62,487 bases of DNA, taken from contig JAJRSG010000231.1 of the NCBI GenBank assembly GCA_024278915.1, positions 1 through 62,487 on the forward strand, read 5' to 3'. The notes under the pieces were generated by a model that saw only the letters and a program-made list of their open reading frames with translations, was not told the DNA's origin and made no database searches. Shown here one piece after another: positions 10,720 to 20,400 of the stretch (the stretch's first letter is position 1; each line of letters starts with the position of its first letter). This DNA is from Alphaproteobacteria bacterium. Its GTDB lineage: Bacteria; Pseudomonadota; Alphaproteobacteria; Caulobacterales; Maricaulaceae. Position numbers and translations under genes: made by a program.

Positions 10720-11448
10720 TTAATTAACTTCTGTAAACAAACGGCCCCAGCCTTTAATTCTCGATGGGTCGGCCCCTGCCTGTTTCATTGCTTTCCAAAC
10801 AGAAGTAGAGACGGTGTCATAAATCGGGATACCAGTTTCCTGCTCAAGTTCATGGACAATACGTGCCCCATGAAGATTGGTGCAGAAGATGGTAATGGCT
10901 TCAGGTTTTTCTTTGGCAACGTCGCGCACCATATCGGCAATCGTCTGTTCTGATACTTCTGAAAAAGAAAAATTACCCTTGTCTTGAAGGTGTCGCTCTG
11001 AGACACAGTCAAAACCTTCCGATGCATAAGTTTTGATCACCTTTTCCTGAATTTCGTCCAGGTAAGGGGTCACCAGGCCAAATCGCTTTACGCCTGTAGC
11101 TTCAAATATTTCATTAAGGGCCAACACGGATGTAGAAGCGGGAATACCCGTTTCCTTGGTGATTTCTTTACACAGTTTTCTGTCAGCATCAAAACCTAAC
11201 CAGCCAGCAGAGGTGCCATTCCACGAAATTGCCTGAACCCTGGCATCTGCCAACAACTTGGCGGCATCAATTAAAGGCTGGTTCTGAAACTGTCCCAACG
11301 CCATTTCACCAAGGGAAATCTCTGTTACACCGAACCGGCCAAAATGAGCTGTTACATCCGCAAGACCTGACAATATATTACTCGTCATCGGCTCCAGTGT
11401 TGTGTTCGATGATGGTGTCAGCATTCCTAATAGAACCCGGTTAATCAT
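10720..11448 (-). CDS. Asp/Glu/hydantoin racemase superfamily protein (maleate isomerase / arylmalonate decarboxylase-like)
   Basis: 242 aa. The N-terminal GMLTPSSNTTLEP motif and the second-half FCTNL segment are typical of this family. Confidence 0.65.
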   Translation of the reverse strand: MINRVLLGMLTPSSNTTLEPMTSNILSGLADVTAHFGRFGVTEISLGEMALGQFQNQPLIDAAKLLADARVQAISWNGTSAGWLGFDADRKLCKEITKETGIPASTSVLALNEIFEATGVKRFGLVTPYLDEIQEKVIKTYASEGFDCVSERHLQDKGNFSFSEVSEQTIADMVRDVAKEKPEAITIFCTNLHGARIVHELEQETGIPIYDTVSTSVWKAMKQAGADPSRIKGWGRLFTEVN

Positions 11449-11580
11449 TTCAATCTATTTCCTTGTTGATTCGTTGTTTGAACCCAACACAACTTATGTT
11501 TGGTTACAGTTTTTGATTACTTTTATTATCGATATTTTTAAATATATTGCAATGAATTTTTAATTAAAAATTAAAAAAGT

Positions 11581-11596
11581 AAACAAGACCTTGTTT
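11581..11596. promoter_or_regulatory. Perfect 16-bp palindrome in the divergent promoter region (candidate GntR operator)
   Basis: aaacaag-ac-cttgttt lies in the AT-rich 281-bp gap between the racemase-like gene (-) and the GntR gene (+). Confidence 0.3.
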
Positions 11597-11729
11597 AAAA
11601 ACAATATTTACTTAATATGATTTTGATAGCTATCTTTAATTTAAAATTATGTATTGGATTTATGGCGCACTCTTGATATAGAGGTCACTGATGACTTAAT
11701 GACTTGAATAATGCGAAAGAATTTCGAAT

Positions 11730-12458
11730 ATGGCCGACAATAATACTACCAAGGATTTTCCTAAAAAACGAATTCAACGCCAATCTCTACATCTTGAGGT
11801 TGCAGATAATTTACGGGATATGATTGTAGAAGGTAATCTTGCACCTGGTCATCGTATCTCAGAAGGTGATCTGTGTGAGCAATTCGGCATATCGCGGACA
11901 CCAATGCGAGAAGCCCTTAAAGTCCTTGCTTCTGAAGGATTGGTTGAAATCAAGCCAAACAGAGGCACGCGTGTTTCAGAGATCACCCTTGAAGATATCG
12001 AAGAAATGTTTGAAGCGGTCAGTGGCATAGAACGCCTCTGTGGCGAACTCGCAACGAAAAAAATGACTGAGCAAGACTTCAAACACCTGCAAGGTCTCCA
12101 TAATCGTATGACAGATCATTTCAATAACAGGCGTCGCAATGATTATTTCCGATTGAATCAGGAAACTCATAATCTGATTGTTAAACTGTCTGGTAATTCC
12201 GTCCTGATGGAAGTCCACCAAAATATTATGGTTAAAGTTCGACGCGCCCGCTACCTGGCAATACTTTCTGTTGACCGCTGGGAAGAATCTGTAAAGGAAC
12301 ATGCAGGCATTTTAGCCGCCATGGAAGCACGTGATGTTGATCTGGTTGGAAAATTGATTCGAGACCACGTCTATAAAACCGGAGTAACGGTTAAACAGAG
12401 TTTTAATGCAGATAATAGCAATTCAGGTGACCCTGTCCTCTATGCTAACGGCCAATAA
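11730..12458 (+). CDS. GntR-family transcriptional regulator (FadR/FCD subfamily)
   Basis: N-terminal winged HTH (GDLCEQFGISRTPMREALKVLASEGLVE) plus a helical FCD-like C-terminal domain. Confidence 0.85.
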   Translation: MADNNTTKDFPKKRIQRQSLHLEVADNLRDMIVEGNLAPGHRISEGDLCEQFGISRTPMREALKVLASEGLVEIKPNRGTRVSEITLEDIEEMFEAVSGIERLCGELATKKMTEQDFKHLQGLHNRMTDHFNNRRRNDYFRLNQETHNLIVKLSGNSVLMEVHQNIMVKVRRARYLAILSVDRWEESVKEHAGILAAMEARDVDLVGKLIRDHVYKTGVTVKQSFNADNSNSGDPVLYANGQ

Positions 12459-12582
12459 GTTCTGGCAGATTAATCGCCTTGTTATGCTGATTGCCACTCT
12501 GTCGGTTTGACATAAAATTCTTAATACACAGGCCTGCAGCCAAGTGCCTGAAGCATCTTATCTCTTATAGAGGAGAACACCA

Positions 12583-13353
12583 TTGGCTCACTGGATACGG
12601 TTCATTCATCGCGGGCAAACAGCCTTTGGGACACTCGATGGCGACCAGGTAATTGTATATGAGGGGAATATGTTTGAGCAACCAAAGCTGACTGATCAAA
12701 CGCTGTCACTATCATCCATTACCCTCCTTACCCCAACGGTCCCCAGCAAAATGATCGGCATGTGGAACAATCTGAAAGCCCAGTCAAAAGAACTTAATTT
12801 TCCAATGCCAGGTAATCCCTGGTATTTTATCAAGACACCCAATACTTATCTCGCATCCGGCGATATTATTCGCCGCCCTCCCTTTCATGACGGTAAAATT
12901 ATTTTTGAAGCTGAACTTGGGATTGTCATTGGAAAACAATGCATGGGTATCGCAGAAGAACAGGTTGATGATTATATCTTCGGTTATACGTGCGTTAACG
13001 ATGTTACGGCGTTTCAGTTGCTTAAAGAGGACCCGTTTTTCGAACAATGGACGAAAGCAAAATGTTATGACACATTCGGTCCTTTCGGGCCCAGCATCGC
13101 GACCTCTTTGGATCCTGATCATTTAACCATTACGGGAACCCTGAATGGGCGGAAATTCCAGGATTATCCCGTCAGCGATATGATTTTTTCACCCCGACAG
13201 TTGGTTAGCCTCATATCAAAGGACATGACCCTGGAGCCAGGCGATATAATTTCTTGCGGCACCTCTTTGGGAGCCAAGGTAATGCGTGACCCAATCAACA
13301 CCGTTGAAATTTCAATTGACGGTATTGGCACGCTAACCAACACTTTCCAATAA
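12583..13353 (+). CDS. Fumarylacetoacetate hydrolase (FAH) family protein
   Basis: FEAELGIVIGK...GYTCVNDVTA...PGDIISCGT motifs. TTG start with an aggaga RBS at 12571. Confidence 0.8.
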   Translation: MAHWIRFIHRGQTAFGTLDGDQVIVYEGNMFEQPKLTDQTLSLSSITLLTPTVPSKMIGMWNNLKAQSKELNFPMPGNPWYFIKTPNTYLASGDIIRRPPFHDGKIIFEAELGIVIGKQCMGIAEEQVDDYIFGYTCVNDVTAFQLLKEDPFFEQWTKAKCYDTFGPFGPSIATSLDPDHLTITGTLNGRKFQDYPVSDMIFSPRQLVSLISKDMTLEPGDIISCGTSLGAKVMRDPINTVEISIDGIGTLTNTFQ

Positions 13354-13404
13354 CCTGTTCTATAACAATTATAACAAAACAACCTATATTCAAGGAGCAA
13401 TTAA

Positions 13405-14412
13405 ATGAAGGTCTGTGTCATCGGAGCCGGGGCGATTGGTGGATTACTTGGAGCCAGGATGGCGCTCGCGGGCGACGAAGTAAGCGTCATCGATCAGGGG
13501 CTGCATTTGAAGGCTATTCAGGAATCTGGAATAAAACTTATCTGGCAAGACGGGACTGAACATATTGCACCAATTGCGCTGGCATCATCCAACATTAATG
13601 ATGCAGGCCCCCAGGATTTGATTGTTCTCGCGGTAAAAGCTCACTTCCTAGAGCAAATTGCCCCTGAAGTTCCCTCCCTGATTGGTCCGGACACAATGAT
13701 CATGCCAGTTCAGAATGGCATTCCCTGGTGGTATTTTCATAATCATGGGGGTGAGTTTGATGGCAATAATCTGTTCACGCTCGATCCAACAAAAAAACTC
13801 AGTAAATACATTGATAGCGACCGGATCATTGGCAGTGTTGTGTACCCTGCGGCTACGGTTTCTGCTCCAGGTGTTATCCATCATGTTGAAGGGGATCGTT
13901 TCCCGATCGGCGAACTGGATGGCAGCAGTAGTGATAGAGTTCAAACACTCTATGATACACTTGTTAATGCAGGATTTCGATCCAGAATACTGGATGATAT
14001 CCGTTCTGAAATATGGCTCAAAGCGTGGGGCAACCTCTCCTTCAATCCTATCAGTGCCTTAACTCACGCCACCATGATTGATATTTGCCAATTCTCAGAG
14101 ACCCGTAAACTTGCCGAAACAATGATGCAGGAATCTCAGGTAATTGCTGAAAAACTGGGCATCACATTTCGTCACACGATTGAGAAAAGAATCTCCGGCG
14201 CTGAAAGCGTCGGGGCTCACAAGACCTCGATGTTACAGGACGTTGAAGGGGGGCGGTCCCTTGAAGTAGAAGCTTTGATCGGTGCCATTCTAGAGCTTGG
14301 CAAGCTGACGAATTCATCGGCCCCTGCTATTCAATCCATCTACGCCTGCATAAAGCTCCTGAACAAAACAATGCTCATGGAAGGTGCAGGTATCAAAATC
14401 AGTGCAAATTAA
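13405..14412 (+). CDS. 2-dehydropantoate 2-reductase (PanE/ApbA) family oxidoreductase
   Basis: MKVCVIGAGAIGG Rossmann N-terminus, 335 aa, C-terminal ApbA-like domain. Confidence 0.7.
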   Translation: MKVCVIGAGAIGGLLGARMALAGDEVSVIDQGLHLKAIQESGIKLIWQDGTEHIAPIALASSNINDAGPQDLIVLAVKAHFLEQIAPEVPSLIGPDTMIMPVQNGIPWWYFHNHGGEFDGNNLFTLDPTKKLSKYIDSDRIIGSVVYPAATVSAPGVIHHVEGDRFPIGELDGSSSDRVQTLYDTLVNAGFRSRILDDIRSEIWLKAWGNLSFNPISALTHATMIDICQFSETRKLAETMMQESQVIAEKLGITFRHTIEKRISGAESVGAHKTSMLQDVEGGRSLEVEALIGAILELGKLTNSSAPAIQSIYACIKLLNKTMLMEGAGIKISAN

Positions 14413-14828
14413 TAAACGCTTTAAAAACGTATCATCGCTTTAAATATAAAACTCGGAAGGCTCCTTAGTCAGACCCTTATTCTGTTTCTTTTCTGGTGCA
14501 CCATAGGCTTCTTTTGATGGCTTTTTGCAATGGTAATGCCCCCGTAAAAAAGTTGTCTTCATAAGTAGAATTTTCTCGTAATGTAAACGCAGGAAATTCA
14601 CTATGAAAATCACAATACACAGATACGCCTTAGCGCGCCTTCGGAAACATCGTTTCCAGGGGCTATGCCGTTGCCGAGAGCTTTTTCCAGCTCTTGAAGC
14701 GAGAGCGCATCAGACGAAAAACCTACCCAACCCGCAAAGAGGCACGGCAGCAAAAATGGAAGTCACCGGGTGTCTAAGAAACTGGGGGCTATTCAATTAC
14801 TAGCAGCTTCAATATTGGGACGGCAGTT

Positions 14829-15773
14829 TTACCTGTGCGCAGACTGAGTTTGATTCAAAAAAGAAATTGTCTCGTCAATTCCAGATTTAATATCTCCGTT
14901 GAATGTAAAGCCCTGGGACTCGAAACGCTTACAACTGACTTCATAGGACAATTGGTTCATGATCTCATTGTCGACAAAACTGACATCAACAGCAGGAATA
15001 AACCCACGAATAGTTTCGACAATATTATGCACGGTCAGATTGTGTGAGAGCACATTATAGATCCGGCCATCAAAAAGATCCTGGCGAATGATAAAAGCCA
15101 GGGCGTTCGAAGCGTCGGACAAATCAAGATAGGGACGTTTTTGTTCGTAGGCCGTGCTCCAGACAGTCAGTGGCAGCCCCATGACAGCCTGCCAGCAGAA
15201 TTTGTTAACGGCGGTGTGAAAACGCATGCCGACGGAGGGACCGAAAATGGTTCCAAAACGAAGTGTCGCTGCCTGCAGACCCTTTTGCTTCAGGCTTGAC
15301 ACAAGCTGTTCTTCCTTGAGCTTTGTCGCCGCGTATGGGCTTTGGGGTTGCAGTTCCAGCGGGGAACAGTCCTCGGAAACAACATCCTTCTGGGTTCCGT
15401 AAACACTGGTCGATGATAGAGTAATCATCCGCACACCGCAGTCTGCACAAGCCTCGGCAACCTTGGATGTTGAGATAAAATTATTGGCTTCTATTTCCGA
15501 GGCATTGCCGAAACTGCCTGCCGCATCAGTAATCGCAGCCAGATGAATGACAACATGGGCATTGTGCAGCAATGATTTTAAATTAATCTCTCGTACATCA
15601 GCCTCGATAAAATTATAGAGACCGGATTCCGGAAGGTTGAACAGCGAGGCAAAGCGTTGCGTCATCATATTATCAATCATGACGATTTCTGTGCCTGGAA
15701 ATTGACTGGCAAAATCGCGAATAACATAAGACCCGATATGGCCCAGTGCGCCGGTAACAACAATTTTCTTCAT
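14829..15773 (-). CDS. NAD-dependent epimerase/dehydratase (extended SDR)
   Basis: VTGALGHIGS glycine motif and YAATK catalytic motif. 314 aa. Confidence 0.75.
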   Translation of the reverse strand: MKKIVVTGALGHIGSYVIRDFASQFPGTEIVMIDNMMTQRFASLFNLPESGLYNFIEADVREINLKSLLHNAHVVIHLAAITDAAGSFGNASEIEANNFISTSKVAEACADCGVRMITLSSTSVYGTQKDVVSEDCSPLELQPQSPYAATKLKEEQLVSSLKQKGLQAATLRFGTIFGPSVGMRFHTAVNKFCWQAVMGLPLTVWSTAYEQKRPYLDLSDASNALAFIIRQDLFDGRIYNVLSHNLTVHNIVETIRGFIPAVDVSFVDNEIMNQLSYEVSCKRFESQGFTFNGDIKSGIDETISFLNQTQSAHR

Positions 15774-15804
15774 TTATGTCTTCTTTCACATGGAGAAAAT
15801 TGAA

Positions 15805-17370
15805 TCATAATTGTCCATTCGCAATGGCGGAGTGGTTCTTGCCGGGATATACAGGTTCAACGGCCAGCATTGCTCTTTTTTTTGAAATATAGCTCTGGTC
15901 ATTCAGACTTTCCCAGGCTTTACGCTGGATTTCCTCAAGTTCGTCAGGGGAGACTAGCGTGTTAACCATGTTAGCACGGAGCCAGTGCATTTTATCGATA
16001 TTAAAATCAGGCCGCAAATTTCCATTTTCCATAGCTTCGTCGTACATCGGCGTTCCTGGCAACGGTACGGCAATGGAGATGTTAACTGTATTGAGGCCAG
16101 CTTCGCGCATTTGCCGCGCAAAATCGAGCGTCATCTCAATTTCTTCGCGGGATTCGTCGGGAAAACCGATCATGAATGCGCCATTAATAGACATTCCGTA
16201 TTTCCGGCATTTACCGATCAGGGCAGGGATATCGAATTTTTCGACACTCCACTTGTTGGTTGCATATTTCTTCAGAATTCTTGAGGATGCAGACTCAAAT
16301 GGTAAGTCAAGTTCTCTAACCCCTGCCTGTGCAAGAACTTCGATAACCTCTTCGTCCGGACGATTGTGGCGCATCATATGAGCAATATTCATACCGTTCA
16401 CACACATGAAAGCAGCGTCAATGGTGTTAAATTTCCGTAATAGATTAATGGCGCGGTGTTTGTGACCAAATAAGGTGTCATCTTCCACATAGATTGTATT
16501 GACACCAATCTTGATAAGATTGTCGATTTCCTTGAGCACGCGCTCATCAGATTTGATGCGGAATTTTCCAATGTTCCCGGCATCCGAGCCATCTGATTCT
16601 CCGGCAATGTGACAATAGGTACACGAAAAAATACACCCCAGAGAGGTCATGATTGAAGCGTATCGGATATTATCTTGCGGGCCGAAAACGCCGCCGTGGG
16701 GGCGACCAATCTGCCAATACCGTTCATTAGGCATCAGGTGCCAGGCCGGGTAGGGTTGTTCGTCCAAATCCCAGATAATGTCATCAAGCCGGGTCTTGTT
16801 ACTGACAATAATGCCATCCTTTAGTGATGCGACAGAACGGATCGTGCTGAAATCACGGCTGTTTATTGCCACCACATCGACGATATCAATAATTGTTTTT
16901 TCTGCTTCACTCAGGCATACAATATCGACACCATTGGATAGAAATATGTTTTTACGTGCACGGGCATTAACGCCACCGGCAACGACAACTTTTTCGGGGA
17001 AATGGGCTTTTATTAACCGGCTACAGTGAAGAACCATGGACTCCTGAGCCGAAAAAATGGATGTCAGTCCAATAATGTGAGAATCTTTGATCTCTTCAAG
17101 GATACGCTCATCACTGACACCGGTACGCAGTAATCCTGAATCCAGTTGCGTCGATGCGTAAAAGACTGTTTGTAAATCGTCTTTGTCATTGCCGATGCAG
17201 GCATCAAAGATTTGAACTTCAATGCCTTTTTCCAGTAAGGCTCCTGCAATCTGTGGGTATGCCAGAGAACCATTCGGTTTAACCATAACCTCTGGCCACG
17301 ATTGATGGGGTGGATAAAGCAGCGTTACTTTAATATCTTTTCGCATTGATATTATGTTTGAACCGGACAT
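15805..17370 (-). CDS. B12-binding-domain radical SAM enzyme (class B, methyltransferase-like)
   Basis: The N-terminal ~150 aa are a cobalamin-binding-like Rossmann region, followed by a CIFSCTYC (CX3CX2C) radical-SAM cluster motif. 521 aa. Confidence 0.75.
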   Translation of the reverse strand: MSGSNIISMRKDIKVTLLYPPHQSWPEVMVKPNGSLAYPQIAGALLEKGIEVQIFDACIGNDKDDLQTVFYASTQLDSGLLRTGVSDERILEEIKDSHIIGLTSIFSAQESMVLHCSRLIKAHFPEKVVVAGGVNARARKNIFLSNGVDIVCLSEAEKTIIDIVDVVAINSRDFSTIRSVASLKDGIIVSNKTRLDDIIWDLDEQPYPAWHLMPNERYWQIGRPHGGVFGPQDNIRYASIMTSLGCIFSCTYCHIAGESDGSDAGNIGKFRIKSDERVLKEIDNLIKIGVNTIYVEDDTLFGHKHRAINLLRKFNTIDAAFMCVNGMNIAHMMRHNRPDEEVIEVLAQAGVRELDLPFESASSRILKKYATNKWSVEKFDIPALIGKCRKYGMSINGAFMIGFPDESREEIEMTLDFARQMREAGLNTVNISIAVPLPGTPMYDEAMENGNLRPDFNIDKMHWLRANMVNTLVSPDELEEIQRKAWESLNDQSYISKKRAMLAVEPVYPGKNHSAIANGQL

Positions 17371-17391
17371 TGTGACCGTTGTTTCCCGTGG

Positions 17392-17955
17392 TTAATAGTG
17401 AATGTGTGGTAGCTGGGTTTCAGGGATTGAACCAAGAACGGGTAGTTCCATATCGCGTTTGGTGAGGGTCGGGTTTTTAATCGGCCATGAGATATTGATG
17501 GTTTGATCGTCCCATAAAACCCCGCCTTCGTCATCGGCATTATAAACATTGGTGCATTTGTAATGGATCGTCGTTGTATCGCTCAGCGTGCAAAACCCAT
17601 GGGCTATGCCAGGGGGGAAGTATGCCTGATTATACATATTGTTTTTTGCCACAAGTTCAAGACCAGTCCACTGCCCAAATGTCGGGGATTTGTTTCTGAG
17701 ATCAACACCGACGTCAAAGATCTTACCTGATATGATGGTAATCAGATGGCCCTGTGGTTGAGAAATTTGATAATGCAAACCGCGCAGGACGTTTTTAGAT
17801 GATGAAGAAATATTATCCTGTACAAAGTTTTCCTTTATACCGGCATCGCGATAGTCCTGGTCTCGCCAAGTTTCTGAAAACATCCCCCGTTCATCAGAAT
17901 AAACCGGGCGTTTGAAAAAAATGACACCGGCGATATCCGTGGTCATGAATTCCAT
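17392..17955 (-). CDS. rfbC: dTDP-4-dehydrorhamnose 3,5-epimerase
   Basis: DERGMFSETW, LRGLHYQ, GKIFDVGVDLR and GIAHGF motifs. 187 aa. Confidence 0.9.
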   Translation of the reverse strand: MEFMTTDIAGVIFFKRPVYSDERGMFSETWRDQDYRDAGIKENFVQDNISSSSKNVLRGLHYQISQPQGHLITIISGKIFDVGVDLRNKSPTFGQWTGLELVAKNNMYNQAYFPPGIAHGFCTLSDTTTIHYKCTNVYNADDEGGVLWDDQTINISWPIKNPTLTKRDMELPVLGSIPETQLPHIHY

Positions 17956-17956
17956 T

Positions 17957-18853
17957 TCAGCGTCGCCTTAAGCCAAAAGTGTGCGAGAGAATTTCCCCAT
18001 AAGGTGTTGATTTAATGGGGTAAATAAGACGATGAAGCTGTTCTTTGTCAATAAATCCCATATTAAATGCAACCTCTTCCGGACAGGCAACCCCGATACC
18101 CTGTCGGCTTTCAATAGCATCAATGTACATGCTGGAGTCTAACAGTGATCGCGGTACACCGGCATCGAACCATGCTATGCCACGGCTCAGCAAAGACACG
18201 TTTATTTTGTTATCGTTGATATAATGCTGAATAAGATCGGTAATCTCAAGTTCACCACGCGGCGAAGGGGATAGCTCGCGCGCTATGTCCACTACATTGC
18301 CCGGGAAGAAATAAAGACCAGGAACAGCCAGATTGGATTGAGGGTTCTGTGGTTTTTCTTCAAGATTTACTATGCCCCCCTTCGCGTTCAATGTCACAAC
18401 ACCGTATGATTCTGGGTTGCGGACAGCATAAGCAAAGATCGTTGCTTTATCGGCGATGGAGGCGGCTTTCTCTAATTGTTCGGAAAGTCCTTGGCCATGG
18501 AAGACATTGTCGCCAAGGCACAGGCCAACAGGTTCTTTATTGATGAAGTCTTCGGCAATTAAAAAGGCTTCAGGAAGACCTTTGGGTTCCGCCTGAACAG
18601 CATAGTGTATTGATATGCCCCATTTGCTTCCGTCTTCGAGCAAGTCTTCTATCTGCGGTGTTGCCTGGGGTGTGCTTATGATCAGGAATTCTCGTATGCC
18701 TGAGAGCATGAGCGTGGTCAACGGGTAATAGATCATCGGTTTGCTGCCAACCGCCAGCAGATGTTTGTTGACGGCTTTGGTCAAAGGATACAGGCGAGTG
18801 CCGTGACCACCCGCCAGGACTATGCCGCGTCGCTTACCGAACTGTGTCATCAT
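17957..18853 (-). CDS. rfbA: Glucose-1-phosphate thymidylyltransferase
   Basis: GIVLAGGHGTRLYPLT...NKHLL...KPMIYYPL N-terminus. 298 aa. Confidence 0.9.
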   Translation of the reverse strand: MMTQFGKRRGIVLAGGHGTRLYPLTKAVNKHLLAVGSKPMIYYPLTTLMLSGIREFLIISTPQATPQIEDLLEDGSKWGISIHYAVQAEPKGLPEAFLIAEDFINKEPVGLCLGDNVFHGQGLSEQLEKAASIADKATIFAYAVRNPESYGVVTLNAKGGIVNLEEKPQNPQSNLAVPGLYFFPGNVVDIARELSPSPRGELEITDLIQHYINDNKINVSLLSRGIAWFDAGVPRSLLDSSMYIDAIESRQGIGVACPEEVAFNMGFIDKEQLHRLIYPIKSTPYGEILSHTFGLRRR

Positions 18854-18855
18854 GC

Positions 18856-19878
18856 TTATATCCGTAACATTCCACCATGGAGCTCCAGGTCCTTTATGAC
18901 CTTATACCAGTATTCAAGATCCTGATAATGCTGAAGCGTATTGGTTTTAGAGTTTTTAATCATAATGCCCGCTTCATTGGCGTCGCATATTTCCTTGACG
19001 CCATCTTCAACTATTCTTGTGGCACGATACCCCAAGGCTTCAATTTTCGCAAAAGAGACTCTGTAAGAACGATGATCGGGGTCGCCATACCATTCGATAT
19101 CGACAGTGCGTGGTATGGCCTGTGCCACCCGTTCGGCCAGGGGTAGAATTTGGTAGTTATTATTGTCTGACCCGACATTGAAAATCTTGGCGTTTACCGT
19201 ATCTGCATTCGCCATCATCATAAAGTGCATTGCCTCGGCAACATCGAGCACATGCACCATAGGTCGCCATTGAGTACCGTCGCGCATTAATGGCAGCTTG
19301 CCGGAAGATAGGGCACCATATGTCATGCCATTGATAGCCAGATCGAGGCGCATTCGCGGCGAGTAGCCATAGACTGTGGACAGGCGCAGGATCACCACAC
19401 AGAAATTTTCATCGCTCAGCGGCAGAATACTGTGTTCTGCTTTTTCATTTGCCTTGGCATATGTTGTTAATGGATTTGTTGGACTTGTTTCATTGACGAT
19501 GACGCCCGTTTCCTGAAAGCCATAGATGCTGGCGGAGGAGGGTAGAATATAGCGTTTTACCCCAGCTTGTTTTGCCATCGTGGCCGTCGCATAGCGGCTC
19601 TTATAATTTATATCCCATGTTAGTTCCTGGAAATGCTCGCCGCTTGGGTCATTTGACAATGCCGCCAGGTCAATGACGGCGTCGATATTGTCAAAATGCT
19701 CAAGGGTTAATTTCCGGGTGTCCTCCTGCACGAGTTCAATATTATCACTGTCTGGCAACAGGTTTTTACCAAAGAAAAACCGGTCAATAACACGGACAGA
19801 ATGTCCTTTGGTGACTAGGAAGGGAACCAATGTTGTGCCGATATAACCCCCACCGCCTGTGACAAGTATTGTACTCAA
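18856..19878 (-). CDS. NAD-dependent epimerase/dehydratase-family protein (specificity unclear)
   Basis: VTGGGGYIG motif, 340 aa. It does not show the usual dTDP-glucose 4,6-dehydratase TDEVYG/YxxxK context. Confidence 0.65.
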   Translation of the reverse strand: MSTILVTGGGGYIGTTLVPFLVTKGHSVRVIDRFFFGKNLLPDSDNIELVQEDTRKLTLEHFDNIDAVIDLAALSNDPSGEHFQELTWDINYKSRYATATMAKQAGVKRYILPSSASIYGFQETGVIVNETSPTNPLTTYAKANEKAEHSILPLSDENFCVVILRLSTVYGYSPRMRLDLAINGMTYGALSSGKLPLMRDGTQWRPMVHVLDVAEAMHFMMMANADTVNAKIFNVGSDNNNYQILPLAERVAQAIPRTVDIEWYGDPDHRSYRVSFAKIEALGYRATRIVEDGVKEICDANEAGIMIKNSKTNTLQHYQDLEYWYKVIKDLELHGGMLRI

Positions 19879-19893
19879 CGTAACCCCCTATTA

Positions 19894-20325
19894 TCAATTG
19901 ATCTTCCTGGTTGTTAAATCCATGAACGTTTTATAGTCCCGAATATAGTCGTTATCATCGTACGGTGCATCCGCCAGGACCAGAACCAATGTATCGTCGC
20001 TCAGGTATTCTTGCTCTCCCCAGACCATTGCCGGAATATAAAGCCCTTTGTCCGGTTGATCCATGATGAAGTCATGTCTGGCATATCCATTATCACAGCT
20101 AAACCGGCAAGACCCCCGCAGGCATATGAAGAATTGTTGCCCTTCATAATGTGCGTGCTGTCCGCGCGGTGCATGTTTGGGAACATTCCAGATGTAATAT
20201 GTCCTGAAAATATCAAACGGTACCGGGCTGGCCTTTTCCAGAACGACCAGTGACCCCATATCACCGCCTATGATGTCCAGGTTAACAAGCCGTGCTTGAG
20301 GAATGGTTTGGCTGTTCATTGGCAA
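19894..20325 (-). CDS. WxcM/FdtA-like cupin (dTDP-4-keto-6-deoxyhexose 3,4-ketoisomerase-like)
   Basis: 143 aa. The FDIFRTYYIWNVP...RGQHAH...FICLRGS pattern is typical of FdtA/QdtA-type isomerases. Confidence 0.65.
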   Translation of the reverse strand: MPMNSQTIPQARLVNLDIIGGDMGSLVVLEKASPVPFDIFRTYYIWNVPKHAPRGQHAHYEGQQFFICLRGSCRFSCDNGYARHDFIMDQPDKGLYIPAMVWGEQEYLSDDTLVLVLADAPYDDNDYIRDYKTFMDLTTRKIN

Positions 20326-20400
20326 GAACCATAAGGTGCAATGCGGTTAGACCCGGCAATTACAGTACGTTTCATTAGATTAATATTCTCCCGCCGAAAG

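Noticed and set aside
14603-14803. 66-aa plus-strand ORF in the 416-bp gap between the panE-like gene and the sugar cluster. The opposite strand also has a short frame ending ...SLQELEKALGNGIAPGNDVSEGALRRICVL*
   Set aside because: I recognise no family motif, there is no convincing RBS, and both frames are short and mutually overlapping. It may be a gene relic, but I cannot support a call.
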